Positions 40,201 through 54,100 of a DNA stretch of 64,000 nucleotides are shown one piece after another. The notes beneath the pieces are model-generated. The model searched no databases, was not told where the DNA came from, and saw nothing but the letters and a program-made list of their open reading frames with translations. The stretch is from Octopus bimaculoides (lineage: Eukaryota): NCBI RefSeq assembly GCF_001194135.2, contig NC_068998.1, positions 28,724,170 to 28,788,169 on the forward strand. The letters run 5' to 3'. Position 1 is the first letter of the stretch; every line of letters starts with the position of its first letter. The position numbers were made by a program, and so were the translations under genes.

Positions 40201-40553
40201 ATTGTAGTAATAATGATTAATTGAAGGATAGTAACATTAGGCTATCAGCAGGTAAATGACAGAAAATATACAAGGATCTTTTAAATATGTTGTACAATAT
40301 AGCATAAACTGTTATATTGTACATTAAATATGGCTATATTATACATTAAATATGCTTATAATGTACATTAAATACACTTATATTGTACATTAAGTATACT
40401 GTATTTTAATTTGCAGTTTATGTAATAACATTCAGCTGTTTTATTTAATATGTCGGTTTGCTATAGATTTGATGGGTAAATTGCAAGGAATATAATGACA
40501 TAAATTACATTCTTTTGAGTATCTAAATAATTTTTACTTCTGTGCAGGTGTAG

Positions 40554-40615
40554 TCGACTGCTTTTGTAAATGAGTTGTTTGATGAAAACATTCATTATGC
40601 TTTTCCAAATATGTG
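40554..40615 (+). CDS. Candidate small coding exon, STAFVNELFDENIHYAFPNM(W), product unknown
   Basis: Polypyrimidine tract with CAG (40547) and TAG (40553) acceptors, open frame from 40554, donor TG|GTATGT. No homologue recognised. Confidence 0.3.
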
Positions 40616-42417
40616 GTATGTAAATGTTGCAGAATTAAAAATACAAAAAAGCTAAGAGAAATAACTCATGGGAGGCCAATGACATGAATTTGAACAGCTG
40701 AGCTGAAGGATGGTTTAACTACCCTTTCCAAAGTATGTAATATAATGTAAGAAATATATTCTTAATATTTTGAAATTCTCTCCCCATTACTTTGAAGTTG
40801 CTAACAATAGCCATTAAATTCAACACATCCCTCATTTATTTAATTAGCTAAATTCATGTTATTGGTCTGTTTGAATTATTTTTTCTGAGCTCTGTTCTAA
40901 TTATGCAGATTAGCTTTAGACAAAAATACAATTAATTGTATTTCTATATAAAAATATTTTTTTTTTAAACTGTAATTTCATAGTTGTAAGCATTTTAGGA
41001 CTGTACTATGTTGGTGAGGTCAAACAAACTAAAACAAAGATCAGAGTGTCCATTTCCTAGCACGTAAATTAACTTGAGAACTGTATTTTTAATTCATTTT
41101 ATATCTGTTTTTCTCTCTGTTGTATGAAGTTAGTTTTTATTTAGTTGAAGTTAATTGCATTTTCAACAAGAAATGAATTTATTTAGTAGGTAGATGTTAG
41201 TAGGTGTACTGAAAGAAGTACAGAACAGGGAGATGTGAATTTATTGAGCATGATAGTGATTCAGAACAACAGTCCAGTTTAGAATATTAATATTTGTAAA
41301 CAAAAATGTGCTTCTGTATTTATTTTGCTTTGTATAACTCTACAAAGATTAAGCCAGTGAGAAAGAGAGAGAGAGAGAGAGAGAGAGAACATCTTCTTAT
41401 GGGCTCTAAGCTGGTCAACCAAATTAGTGACAGTGAGAAAGAGAGAGAGAGTGAGAATGTGTATATATGTTAAATAAGACAGGTTGGTAAAATCAATGTT
41501 TAGCTAAGATAATTAGTGCTTCTCTGATTAATTCTTAGAGATGAGATTTCTTTTATCACTAAGTTCCTGAAAGTTGCCAAGGATTTGTCAGACCAAGCTG
41601 ATTGGCCAAGTTTTAATCAGTAGACAACCTGAAGCTAACTTTGACTCATCTTTTGGTGTAAATTTACACCTGAAATATAATTTGGTTACTTCTGGCTACA
41701 GCTGTGAGGGATGTTCCTATTAGTTAAGTAGATTTGAATAGGCTAAAAGAGGAAATACAAACTATGTAAAGATACTTCGATTTTTGTATCAGGTTTGCAA
41801 GATTCTTTATGTGAATTTGTGTGTTGAAACAAATTTTGTTGTGTCTAGGGAGTCATTATGCCAATGTAACTAACACACACACTGGTTCAATTTCTCTCAT
41901 TTATTAAATATCCAATTTTTGTTTGTCAAAGCTCTTTCATTGCTCTTTACAACCTCAGTGACTATTGATTCTGTCCGTTATAGAGGGCACATTTGTTTGT
42001 CACTGAGATGGTTGCAAAAAGCAACAAATGAACTTTGACAAAAACAAAAACAAAAAATCGGATATTTAATAAATGAGTGGAATTGAACCAGCATGTATGT
42101 AAAGATAGTGATTTCAAAATTTCTACACAATGTTATATCAGTTGCAAAATATAGAAATTTTATTTGAGTCTCATCTTATCCTACAATTTCTTAAATAAAC
42201 AAATACAATTTCTTTTTTTCTAAAAGCCCTAGTGGCTGATACTATGTACTTTAAAAATGCCTTGGAATTGAAGCACTCAATACCTAGTAAATTTTTTCCA
42301 CTCCTTTTTTGTTAATGTTTTTTCATCCCGAATAGTGAATAAGAATCATAATTATTCTGTATATATATATACAACATATGCATCATTGGGAACATAACAA
42401 AGATGTATCATTCTATA

Positions 42418-42602
42418 CATAGCAATAAAAAAATGGAGGGGAATATGAGGTACTTATCAGCTTGCAGACATGTCATGTCATAATTGTCTGTATATTGTCT
42501 TTTTTGTCACTTTGGTTATAAAATAAACAGATTAATCAACGGAATATAGTGTCTGCAAGTTGATGAGTACCTCATATTCCCCTCCATTTTCTTATTGCTA
42601 TA
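42418..42602. repeat. Short hairpin/MITE with ~53-bp inverted arms
   Basis: TAGCAATAAAAAAATGGAGGGGAATATGAGGTACTTATCAGCTTGCAGACA is inverted at 42550-42600. Confidence 0.8.
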
Positions 42603-42885
42603 TAAATTTAGGGTAAAAAAAACCTTTTACCCACACCCACTTATTGCACTTGGTATAACACTAGTGTAACAATAATTGGGTACCCTCCCAGCAATATATT
42701 GGATATATATTATCCCTTAGGTCTAGAAGACCCAAAGAGTGTTACGTAATGCTAAGTAAGTGCTAAGGACAGACCATAGTTCGAGAGTGATATGAGTGAG
42801 GAGTTTAGTGTGGATCTTGTATTAGCCTGCATATATATATATATGGCTCAGTGGTTAGAGTGTCAAGATTACGACCATGTTGTGA

Positions 42886-43627
42886 GTTTTTTTTTTTTGT
42901 TGTGCTTCCTATGTAGGATGTGCCACATTTGCCACAGATGATCTTGTATACAACATAGGTCCTCTGGCACAATTCAGGGTCATTGACGGGGCAGTTCGAC
43001 AATGTGCACTCCTCAGAGTAGNNNNNNNNNNACGGGGCAGTTCGACAATGTGCACTCCTCAGAGTAGTGAGAGGTGTTGTTCTTGGACAGAGCTTTTCTC
43101 AGGGAAGGGCCAGTGTGCACTGTCTGTATGTTGAGTCCTTCCCTGTGGACTGCAAGTTGTATCACTGCAGTACTTCTGTCATCAAAATGTCATAGCTTTA
43201 GGAAGCACATGCTGGACTTGGGAGTATGATGGTTCTTCCAGGGTTTATTGGCCCTGATATTCTTTAGGCGCTGTTGTTTAGCTAAAGATGGTGGGCAACC
43301 ATTAGGGGTTAGGTCTCTGAGGAACTGTTTGATGTTGACGGCTCTGTCGGTCACTTCGTTGCAATTATTTTTATACGTGTGTAAGGACCGTGCGATCAGG
43401 AGATGGTAACGAGGAATGGCTCCTTTAGCATATCGCACGGTCGATACAAATAAAAAAAAACGAAAAGAAGATAAATGAGTATGAGTGCCAAAAGAAAAGA
43501 GTGACTCAACACTGAGAAGGTTTTATTGATATGTCAACATGTATGTTTGTGTGTGTGAATGCGACATAATAATCACAATAATAGACAGGCTGTCATGTAA
43601 ACAAAGTGTATGTGTATGCAAACCTGG

Positions 43628-43678
<51 letters not shown>

Positions 43679-45825
43679 AAATGCAGAGCATAGAAAAGAG
43701 TCTATAAGGATGTTGAGAAAAAGTCCAGACACAAGGATGGTAAATATCAGTTCGTAGTCAAGGTACACAGTGGTTGAGGTGCTGTAACAAGAAGTTGTGG
43801 CAACAATGCAGAGCCGAAGAGAGACACATGTCGTGTAAGAAGTTGAGAGGCTTCAATGCTGTGGCCGGTTACTTGGTACAAGTGTCTCGCAGGTTGTATT
43901 CGCTGTTAACCACGGTGAAGCAATTCACAAACAGTGAGGTGAGAACCTGTGCGAGTGCTGTTGGTTGGTGTGTACGTAGAGACGTTGGTGTAGATCTAAG
44001 AAGCTGGAGGCGACGAAGATAGAGGTTCTGACTGCTGTTGAACAAAGTGTTGGTGTTCTCCATGAAGCTGCTGTCGTGTCGTCGCTGGAACTGGCTGTGT
44101 GCTCTGGGGTCAGCGGCTAGACCTCAGAAGGTCTGAAGCAGGCTGACAAACGAGACAGTGAAAAACTAGCTATTTATAATATCCTGTCGGCTCAAGCTGG
44201 GGTTCAGAAAAAGCTGTCCGCGCGACCTTATCTGAAGGCTGCGATTGGTTGGGTTGCACCCTGCCGCGAAATAGAACAGGAGACAAAATGCGCCAATACC
44301 AACCAATCAAAGTGATGGACACAACAGGGTTCAAAAGTGCGGCCGAAGGCTAGCTGTTATCCACTACGTCCGCATTCATGTATATATAACAGAGAGAGAG
44401 AGAGAAGTACGCTACACGTGCAATCTCATTTCTCATGTATGCGGCATTGGCTCTGGTGGGTAAGGAGGATTGGTAGTGGATAAAAAGTTTTCTACTAGCG
44501 GCTTTTCTGTAGAAGTTGGTAAATACGGAGCCTTCCTCTGTGAACCTGTGTTGAAAGTCGAGTAGAGAGAGGGTTTCAGATTCGTCTGAATGTTCAATCT
44601 CGAATTTGATGTTTATGTCAGTGTTATTGAAGGTCCGGTGTATGTTTATGGCGTCATATCTGGAGAACGTGATGATAAGGATGTCATCAACGTACATGGA
44701 GAAGAAGATGCATGAGCGGCAGGTGTTAAATGCTGTATGTTCTAGGTTATCCATGTACGTGATGGCCAGCAAGCCTGAAAGGCTAGATCCCATAGGCAGG
44801 CTGGAAGTTTGTAAGTCACACCGTTATATTGGAAATAGGTGTTACCAACTATAATGGTTAGTAACTCTCATATGTCTGAGGGTGTGAGCCTGAAGAGCTG
44901 GAGGTTGATGGATGAGGAGGTGAGAGAAGATGAAAGGGGAGATGGGGAGGAGGATGTTGCATGGGGGGGGGAAGGAGATGTGGGGGAGATAAGGACGTGA
45001 TGTGGTCTAGGAGGATATCGACGGCCGGGAGAGCGGGTACAGAAGAGTAGAGGGAAACTACGTCTAAACTAAAAATGTATTTGTTAGTTTTAAGTATGGA
45101 GGGGTCGATGACGTTGAGTCTTGTAAAGATTTCGTGAAAGTTGCTGACGTGTCGGGGAATGCGTATAGTAAGGGCTTGAGGAGTTTAGAGAGGAGCCAAG
45201 AAATTTTATAGCTAGGAAGTTGATCTAGCAACAATTTCTCACTCTCTTTTTCCATTAGTTTGAATATTTTTAGCATAATATTCAGTTCTGCCTGGCCCAG
45301 GTGTGATGACATTATAATAGAATAATTACTATAAAACATTATGTAGAATAAATTGTATAAAGGATCGTGGGCAAGGCCAGAGCAATGCAAAGTAAATGCA
45401 AGGCAAATTACAAGAAAACGAATATATGAATTAATGTAGACTTACCTTGTATTCAATATTTCGGGGTTATGACTCCATTTTCAAGAAATTAACGAATGTT
45501 GCCAATGTGCGTGTGTGGAGTGGACATACGCAAAAATGTGTTACTATAGCAATCAGATAGCTTCCTGTAACTCTCTTCTGTTGTTGATCTTAGGTTTCTT
45601 TTGGTGTATGAGGATGGCCTCAGAGATTCTAAGGTTGCCCCTATTCTGCTGTGTTGCCTTGATGTGCACTGTGAATTCCTGGGTCTGGCATTTCCTTAGA
45701 CGTTTCTTCACGGAAATGTCTGCCAGAATGTGTTCCTTAATGCGTATATGCAGTTTTTTCTTTGTTGTGCTTCCTATGTAGGATGCGCCACATTTGCCAC
45801 AGATGATCTCGAATACAACATAGGA
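42886..45825 (-). mobile_element. Penelope-like element in partial tandem: upstream GIY-YIG tail (pLTR), deleted ORF with RT, thumb and truncated GIY-YIG
   Basis: RT MGSSLSGLLAITYM...YVDD...LSLLDF...YRK; thumb FLRDLTPNGCP; GIY-YIG VVFEIICGKCGASYIGST...RIKEH...SEAILI...PKIN; ~70 bp at 42886-42960 is repeated near 45757-45825. Confidence 0.9.
43380..44416 (-). mobile_element. Solo LTR (1037 bp) inserted into the PLE RT
   Basis: TGTA...TACA termini; 4-bp TSD CGTG at 43376-43379 and 44417-44420; minus-strand CCAAT 44244-44248, TATAAATAG 44170-44178, AATAAA 43522-43527. Confidence 0.85.
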
Positions 45826-46737
45826 TATTGGGTTCTTTTCATGTCTGCTTCTATAGGACATATATAGTGTTACTATCTTGTTTTGAGATGCCATTTGCTG
45901 TTCCAGGTAATTCATTCTGGTGCCATCTCTCAACAAGACCTTGGTTTAATATACGAAAACTGAAGCTAGGCATTATCCAATTACGATCTATTAAGTAAGA
46001 TGATGGACTATTCTTATCACTTTCAGTTGTTTAAGTGTATCTCTAGGAGTATAATTATTTTTATTGATGTTTTATATCATGCTTCTTACATTTTGAGTGC
46101 AACTATAGCTAATCTCAACATTTTTCTTTTTAAAGAGATTGTATTCCTTGACATCATAAAGGAAATGTTTCCTGATTAAAGATAGGAAATTTTGTGGTAT
46201 TTTAGGTAACGTAATTAGTTTAAAAACTGAGTGGGATGATTTTGTGTTTGTATTTGGTTTGCAAGATTCTTGATATGAAATTGCTGTGTCTTTGGGTTAA
46301 AGTAAGGGTGGTCATTATGCCAGTAATAAATACATGCACTGATTCTAATTCACTTTTTATTAGTTGACTCGTTAACTATTTAACAAATTAACTAATTGAG
46401 TGTTTCATTAACTATTTGGTTAATCAATCAGTTATATGTGTCAGAGTTCTTCCACTGCCTTTCATAATCTTATCAATGACATGCCCTATCTACTTCAGGT
46501 TTGTCTGTCTCCTGGTTTAAGACAGTGTATGTGTGTGTGTGTGTGAGAGAGCGAGCGAGAGAGTGAGAAAGAGAGTGAGAGAGAGAGCTTGTGTGTGTGT
46601 GCATGCCTATTTGACATAGTGTGGATTCTGTGAAAGGTGTGAGTGGTTAGATGTTTATGTATTTATTTTATGGTTAGTGTCTTTGTGAATGAACTGTGTG
46701 TGTATGGATTGTCATTTATTCTTGGGATGATGTAGAT

Positions 46738-46974
46738 CAATGGTTCTCAGGTGGGGTCCATATAAAATTTTGCTCTTAAAATTATGTGCAATAAATTGGT
46801 TATACTTTAATAATATACAAAGTATTTTATCATTTTTTTAATACAATTCCTAATAAATATTTAATTATCAAAATATGATAGGGTTTTTTTAAACATAAAA
46901 TGGCTATGGAAGTCCATCCAAGTAAAATAGAAATCAAAGGGGTCCATAGGTACAAAAATGTTTGAGAACCACTA
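46738..46974. mobile_element. hAT (Charlie-type) MITE
   Basis: Ends CAATGGTTCTCA / TGAGAACCACTA; 8-bp TSD ATGTAGAT / GTGTAGAT (7 of 8 identical). Confidence 0.8.
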
Positions 46975-48346
46975 GTGTAGATCATATTACAATTTTATGA
47001 CTTTCTTCATCTTTCATTCCCTTTTTCTGGTCCTGTTGATTTGGTGGTTTAATACTGCATCTTTTAAAACCATATTTTTGCCTGGGTGATGTTATAATTC
47101 ATCTCTGTTTCTTAGTAATTATCAACAATTAGGCAAGTTTGAGCTATTATCTTATAGCTGTTCTAGATGCTTTCTAAATCTGTTTTGTTCATGTGCATTG
47201 ATGTAGCTAAACTGTCATCTCCTATACTGCTATCTCTACAAATCCAAATCTATTCCTCAACATGTGTAGAATATATAGTTTGCATATCTCACTTCCATTG
47301 TATATACCCATAATTCTACAGTTTCTCATTTTCTTTCTGATTCCAGAAGAAATTATAAAACTGTACTAATAATAAATTATATAAATTTTATAAATAAAAT
47401 TTGTAAGTTTAAGTAAATTTAAATGTTTCATCACTATATATAACTTTCAGCCTATTTGGAATTTATGCATTATATATATATATATATNNNNNNNNNNNNN
47501 NNNNNNNNNNNNNNNNNNNNNNNNNNNNNNNNNNNNNNNNNNNNNNNNNNNNNNNNNNNNNNNNNNNNNNNNNNNNNNNNNNNNNNNNNNNNNNNNNNNN
47601 NNNNNNNNNNNNNNNNNNNNNNNNNNNNNNNNNNNNNNNNNNNNNNNNNNNNNNNNNNNNNNNNNNNNNNNNNNNNNNNNNNNNNNNNNNNNNNNNNNNN
47701 NNNNNNNNNNNNNATATATATGTGTGAAATGCTTTCTTTAATATATTATTAATAATTTATTGGAACATAAGCCTGTATTTTATATTAGATTGGTACCAAT
47801 ATGGTTGAGTAGTCAGAGAACATCTATTCTAAAAACACATGCCTCAGTTTACAAACTAAACAAGCAGGAGGAAATTGGTATAAAAATAGCAATGTATTTA
47901 AATACATGTTTCTTAAACATTAATATTAAAAAGATGTTGAAAGTAATAGTGGTTTTCTGGTTGAAGTGCGTAAAATTCATTAGTAAGGAGATGAAATAAC
48001 ATTTATTTCTTAATCTGCCTGTGTAGAGAGAATGTCAGTTTTCTATGAGGACAAAGATATGAGTAGACCTGTTACAGATCGTAGTAATATTCACTGGAGT
48101 AGTATGCTGTGCTGTTTATTAATAGAAAGTATATATTGTGTGAGTAATATAAAAACAAACAGTACTTGAAAGCAACTTCTTGATTGTATCCTACTGCCAT
48201 GTAGTTGTCTTATCTGTGGTTGGATGAAATCAGTAGCTAACCTACAGAACAAACCTTCACTCCTACCTTAGTACTTTCTACCTCACACGGATAAATGAGG
48301 TGACATCTATCTATCTCTCAATCTATCTGTTTATTTCTATCTTAAT

Positions 48347-48408
<62 letters not shown>

Positions 48409-49514
48409 ATAAATATAATATAATATATATATATATATATACATACATATACATATACACCTATATACACATATATGTATAATGTACACGCATTTCTTTA
48501 GGGCTGTAAGATATTCTGGTTATAACTTCTTGTAAAGAATAGCAAAAATGATTACAATTATTCTTAATTGTATTGACATATAAATCACAAGTTTACTTCC
48601 TGCCTATTTGCAAAACAATAAGGGTTGATGATTGGTTTACAAGTGCTGCTGGTGAAAAATATCGTCTATTCAAAATAATAAGGAAAAGAAAAAAGAACAG
48701 AAAACGATTCTTTTCTTCATTCCAAGTAGATGTTGAAACAAAAGGTTATCCTAAATCTAATTACAGTGTATGACATTTAACAAGATGATACAGAGGAGCC
48801 AAGAATTACTTGACAAGTAATCACAGAATTGATTTACATTTTGGATAGTTTTCTTGAAGTAGGAAATGATATTTAACATATTTGAAAGCTTAGTGAGATA
48901 ACATACACTTTGGATTAAAGTTGAAAATACTCCACTGAAAAATGTTTACATCAAATACTTTGGAAAAGGCTGAAATGAAAAGAAAAAGTTTAAATTATAA
49001 TATTGGTTTCAAACAAAAACTTTTAAAAAAATACAATGAATAGATGATTTAAAAAAAAAAATTCTGCAAAGATATATAACTTAAAATTTATGGTTTAATT
49101 ATATGAGTATTTTTTAATGTCTGAATTTCTCAGCACTATCACTGATATTACCACATTAGATTAAATTCAATTCATATTGGAACACATATTATTATGTGGA
49201 AACTACTTCACTTCTCTATTGCTACAGTTATTACATTATTATAACTTGAATATAAAAGTTAAAATATTTTACACATTTCAATATCATTTCATTTGCGAGA
49301 AAATATTTTTAAAAAATCAGAAATAATGTTACTTCTAACTCCATAATAGTATAACTTCAATCCTACACTTTTATACACCAACATAATTCGTTAAGGAAAC
49401 GAACTGGTGAATTATCTGAAATATATAACCTGTCTTGGAGTAAAATGGCACAATATCTTTCTACAATATCAAATCATGGTGTCATGTACGTTCACCGCTC
49501 TCTTTCTAATTCAG

Positions 49515-49605
49515 TTGTTGAGATGCAGACTGGCCACTCAACTAAAGGATCTGTAATATTTCATTCAAGCAGGACACAGAAGCTAAAACTAGAGTTGGCT
49601 AAAAG
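49515..49605 (+). CDS. Candidate coding exon, (x)VEMQTGHSTKGSVIFHSSRTQKLKLELAK(R), product unknown
   Basis: Acceptor CTCTCTTTCTAATTCAG, 91-nt open frame (phase 1 in, phase 2 out), donor AAG|GTAATT, unique higher-complexity sequence. Confidence 0.55.
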
Positions 49606-50288
49606 GTAATTCTTATCACATTTTAATGTAATCAAAGTATTTTATTTAGTTCAATCCTTTTTTTTCTCTTATGATAGCAATGAAGTGAAAAATAATTTTG
49701 AAATTAATAAGATGCTTGATATTTCAAGTCTAAATTTTTTTGTCATTTATTTAAATATAATATTTTCTATACAATCATAATGTTTCTCAATGACCATGTG
49801 TGAGAGAACCCATCAAGATAGAGGGATAGAGGAGATGGGTGAGATGTGTTTAACTGTTTAATTGGTATTTCAGATATTGATTGATAATAATCTGTAAGAG
49901 AAAAGAAATGTCAGAGCGATATCATTTTAATAAATGAATGATTACCTTTGTTATTTACTTATAAATATAGTTATAACATTCTCTCATTAATAATCATAAT
50001 TTATATTAGAGAAAACAAATAATTGTTGGTAAATTACAAAATTTTCCGTTCATTATTATTCTCAATATTTTAGGTCTTTGATATTGTTTTTATGAATCAA
50101 TTATTTCAAGATAATGATTTTACATTTACCAAACTAGATGTCTGATCTTTAACATCACAAATTATGAACTTAATCCTGTCACGATAGATTAACTACAAAA
50201 TGACCAAATATATAAGCAGCTCACATGAGTTTAACATAAATATTATTTAGCTAGAACTCTTATATCACACATTGTGTTGTCTTTGCAG

Positions 50289-50292
50289 GTAA
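50289..50292 (+). CDS. Candidate start of a terminal exon (G + TAA stop)
   Basis: Acceptor TTGTCTTTGCAG; phase-compatible with exon 49515-49605, giving ...ELAKR*. Confidence 0.35.
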
Positions 50293-51176
50293 AATCTTAA
50301 AAATTCTTACCTTGGGTTACCTGATGAAAATAATGGTTCTAGTTTATCTAGTCAAGTAAAATTTATTTACAAGTTAGCATGTCTCTCTCTCATTCACACA
50401 ACATAATAGACACACCGAATCATTTTCACTTTAATGTTTTTTAGTGAGAATTGTATTGATTTCTTACATTGGCACAATTGTATTTGGTGGGTATAGTTGA
50501 CTGGATTGAGCCATTGAACACTTTTTTTCTATTAACTCTGAAAGGATTAAGAACAAATTCTCCTCAGCAGAAAATTATTTCAGAGTATAGAAGAATGGTA
50601 CTAAATTTGGTTTTTTATCATATCTATCACTTCAGTAAAAAACATTGGCACAAGGCCACAATGTTTTTGAGAAGGATAGTCAATCAAATCAATGCCAGTG
50701 CTTTATTTTATCAACTCTAGAAAGATTAAAGGAAAAGTTTACCACAACAAGTTTTAAGTGAGATAATATTAATGGTTGTAAGGAAGCAATAATCTCTATA
50801 ATTAGCCTTTCAGTTATGTAAGATTCATTTTGTTTCTCATTAGAAAACATACCAAGTTATAACAGAAAACAATCAATTATAGTAAAAACTTGAAAATATA
50901 ATTTATTAACATTTACCTTGAAGTGAAGAATATTGAAACATTATTTTTATTTGAGAAGTTTTCAAATTATTTTGCCATAATTCATTAGCTAAATTAAATA
51001 TGTAATACACAATAACTTTGCAATAACCTATAATACAATCAAGTTAGATTAATTTTATATAAGAATATATAATAAAATTTTCTCTAAAACAATATTGGAG
51101 TTAAACACCATGGTGAGAGCATGTAAATCTGGATTGTATTCAGTTTCTATAAAAACATAGTTACATCTTTGTTTTG

Positions 51177-54100
51177 AGTGGGAAATGAAAAGAGGTTCAC
51201 CTACCTTCCTCTCTCATCTGCACCTGTCTAGTAGTAGTCACTCCAGTAATCCTGCCCTACCCTGTCACCCAGTATAAGCAGCTGCTATCTGACCAACCCA
51301 GGAGCGAATTCCCTGATGTCCCTTCACGATGCCTCAGCTGGTGAAAAGAGGCCGACTCCTGTCCTGTCTCCCCCACACTTCCCTTCTCACGCTTCCCCGT
51401 CCGGTCAGTCCCTTGACCATTGATGTCATGGCCCTCTTCTTCTGGCTCATTCCCACATGACCCACTGATCTCAAAGATCACTTCCTCACTTCACTCCATG
51501 TCGAAATCTACCATCCATTCCTCTGTTCCACTGAGTTGTGCAGCATACTTTTGATGGCTTGACCCAGACTTCATCTCCCACCTCCACAAAGTCAGGCCCT
51601 CTCTCTTCTACAGGGTATCTCGATGGTTTACTTGGATGCTGCTGTTTATATTTGAATATTGCTCTATGTGGCATGAACTCTTTGGCCTGTCCTGATTGGG
51701 GTGACAGAACACCACTTCCAGCAGTGAGACATGTCCCCTCTCTGCCATGGCCTTGATCGTTTGATGATGTCTCTCCATGATCCCATTTCCACTTGGCTTG
51801 TATGCTGCTCTGAAACAGCGGTGCACTTTTCACCTGTCAAGCATCTCCTTCAGTGCCTCCAAATGAAATGCTGTGCTGTTGTCCATCAGCAATTCGTTCA
51901 CTGGGCCCCACTCTAAGAATACCTCATTTAAAATAGGTGCCATCTTATCTGCAGTGCCTGTCCTCAATTCCCTCCAAATGGCCATCCAGCCTGGTCCACA
52001 ATTGACGATTGAGAGATACATTCTCTGCCAGTAGTGTGCTATATTCACTGCTAGTTGTCTCCAGTTGTGCTCTACCGAAATGTTTCCCTGCTCATGCACA
52101 CCCAGAGCAAGGTTGATGGATTGACACCTGTCACAGTTCTTGACCACCTTTTCGATGCTCTGTCTAGTAATGTCAGCGTCAATCCACCTGGTGAGACACA
52201 GGGTCCTATCCACGTCCATATGATGCATGTCATACAGTCTCCTTAGCTTGGAGTCAATTTAACTGACACACTGTGGCTCCCCCTTGCTTCGATTCTTCTG
52301 GCTCCCCTAACCAGGCCTTTTTTTACCCTGCTAAGAGCATCTGCCTTGTTTCTCTCTGAAGGCACAAAGACCACATTCAGCTTCAGGCTGAACTTGCCAA
52401 TCAGCTCCTCTAAAATCCCTAGGCAGTGCTTCACTAGCATTTCTGCAGGCCCTTTGATTCACACCCTCTTCTCATCGGTGATCACTGATACTACCCAGCC
52501 AAGCATGGTAGCTGAATCCATCCAGATTTCAATGGAGCACAGCCCCCATTTCAAGGCCAAATTCACTTCTTTCAGCATCAACTCAGTGACATTGATGTGG
52601 TTGTAGTTGTCTGATTTTTGAAGCTAGGTTGCATCCTCTGCTTTGGTACCATCAATTTCCAACACAACCCCTATTGCAATGCTACTAGCATTACACCATA
52701 TGGTCCCACCATCTGATTTGGGTACATGCCAGTTCCCTCTGACTGGGTCTTCCTCTCCAGGATTTCCTGCATCATTGCTACCATCCCCCCTCCCAGCTTG
52801 TCACTTCAGTTCTCCCCTTCTTCTCGTCACTTGATGTAACTGCATACTGTATGGAACCACCCCACAATCGGGTAGTAACCTACTAACTTCCTGCACATTG
52901 AGAACAGTTCTCTCCTGCTGACATTGGTACCCAGCTCTAGGATCTCATTCCCCCTATGAAACACCAACTCACCTGTTCTGTCTCTCTGGAGCTTAAGCCC
53001 TCAGTGCAGCTCCTCCAGCCATTGGCTCTAGTGGCTTCGCAATTAGCCCGAATTTCTTCAGATGTCTCACAACCTCTGTGGCAGGCATTATGGTCTTGTC
53101 CACTAAGATGTCATCTATGTAGGAACTGGTGGCCCTTTCCCAGGATGGATTTGAGCACTGTTGCCATGATCTTCGGCACAAAATTCAGTCCAAAGCCCAG
53201 CCTTGTCAGACAAAATGTTCGGCCCTTGTGTTGCATCTGTTGGTACTGCCACATTTGTTGCTCACATGGAGCTGCAAATATGCCAACTTCAAATCGACGA
53301 TCATCATTGCCTTAGTCGACTGCCTCCATACGTGCAGCATCTCATTGCAGATGTTGGTCACCTTGCCACTTGTGTGACACAATACATGGCCGTTCATCTC
53401 CCAAAAGTCCAGTACCTGTCTAACTTTGCCCTTTGTTGGCTGCACCACTGCAATTAGAAGTAGGACTCTGCTCACCACCTCCTCCTTCCACGGGATAAGG
53501 ACACCTTCCTTAATCCACTTCTCTACTTCTTCTTCAAACTCACTCCTGGTGTGCCCTTTCAGAGTATGGGGTCCCTCTTTCTATTGTCCATTGCTGACCA
53601 TTGAACGCTGCCTGAAAATCCTTGTCTTCAGTGGCATAGGCAGTGCAGCTCCTCGCAGGGCTCTGCTCTCACTCACATTCCTGACTCATGGTGCACAATG
53701 CCTCTAACACTGACACCTCCAAGGCGGTTGATCACATCCATCCTCATTACCACATCAATTCTGTCTACCACATAGTTGATCACGATCACCCGCAGCCTTA
53801 GCATTGTCCCCTGCACCACTATATCCACATCGCTGCTACCCTTGCATTCGACTTCGCTGCCATCGACCAGCCCAGTGCTACTTGTCCCCTTCCATTTCTT
53901 TGTCACCTTTAGGGTCAAGAGAGTCGTTGTGCAGCCCACGACCTAAACTACAGGCAGTGACTTCCCCAATGCCTCTACTCGTTCGTGGGGTAAGTTTGAG
54001 AGACAACAACTTCCCCATGGCCTTTTCCCTGGCTACAATTTTAGGTGATATGCCCAGTCTATTTGCACCAGCAGCAAACCGGTCCAGGCTCTGTGCAGTC

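Noticed and set aside
42844-42887. tRNA gene
   Set aside because: Only an A-box-containing SINE head fragment, with no cloverleaf or terminator; other tRNA-like heads are also SINEs.
42986-43067. Exact 36-bp direct repeat
   Set aside because: It flanks a 10-N gap, typical of an unmerged contig overlap.
43000-43070. CTGAGGA...GAA on minus as a hammerhead core
   Set aside because: No proper stem II or GAAA; it is PLE coding sequence (SEECTLSNCP).
48573-48773. Confident coding exon VDDWFTSAAGEKY...
   Set aside because: Phase fits the 40554 exon but the acceptor (AATAAG) is weak and no good donor fits the next exon; kept only as a possibility.
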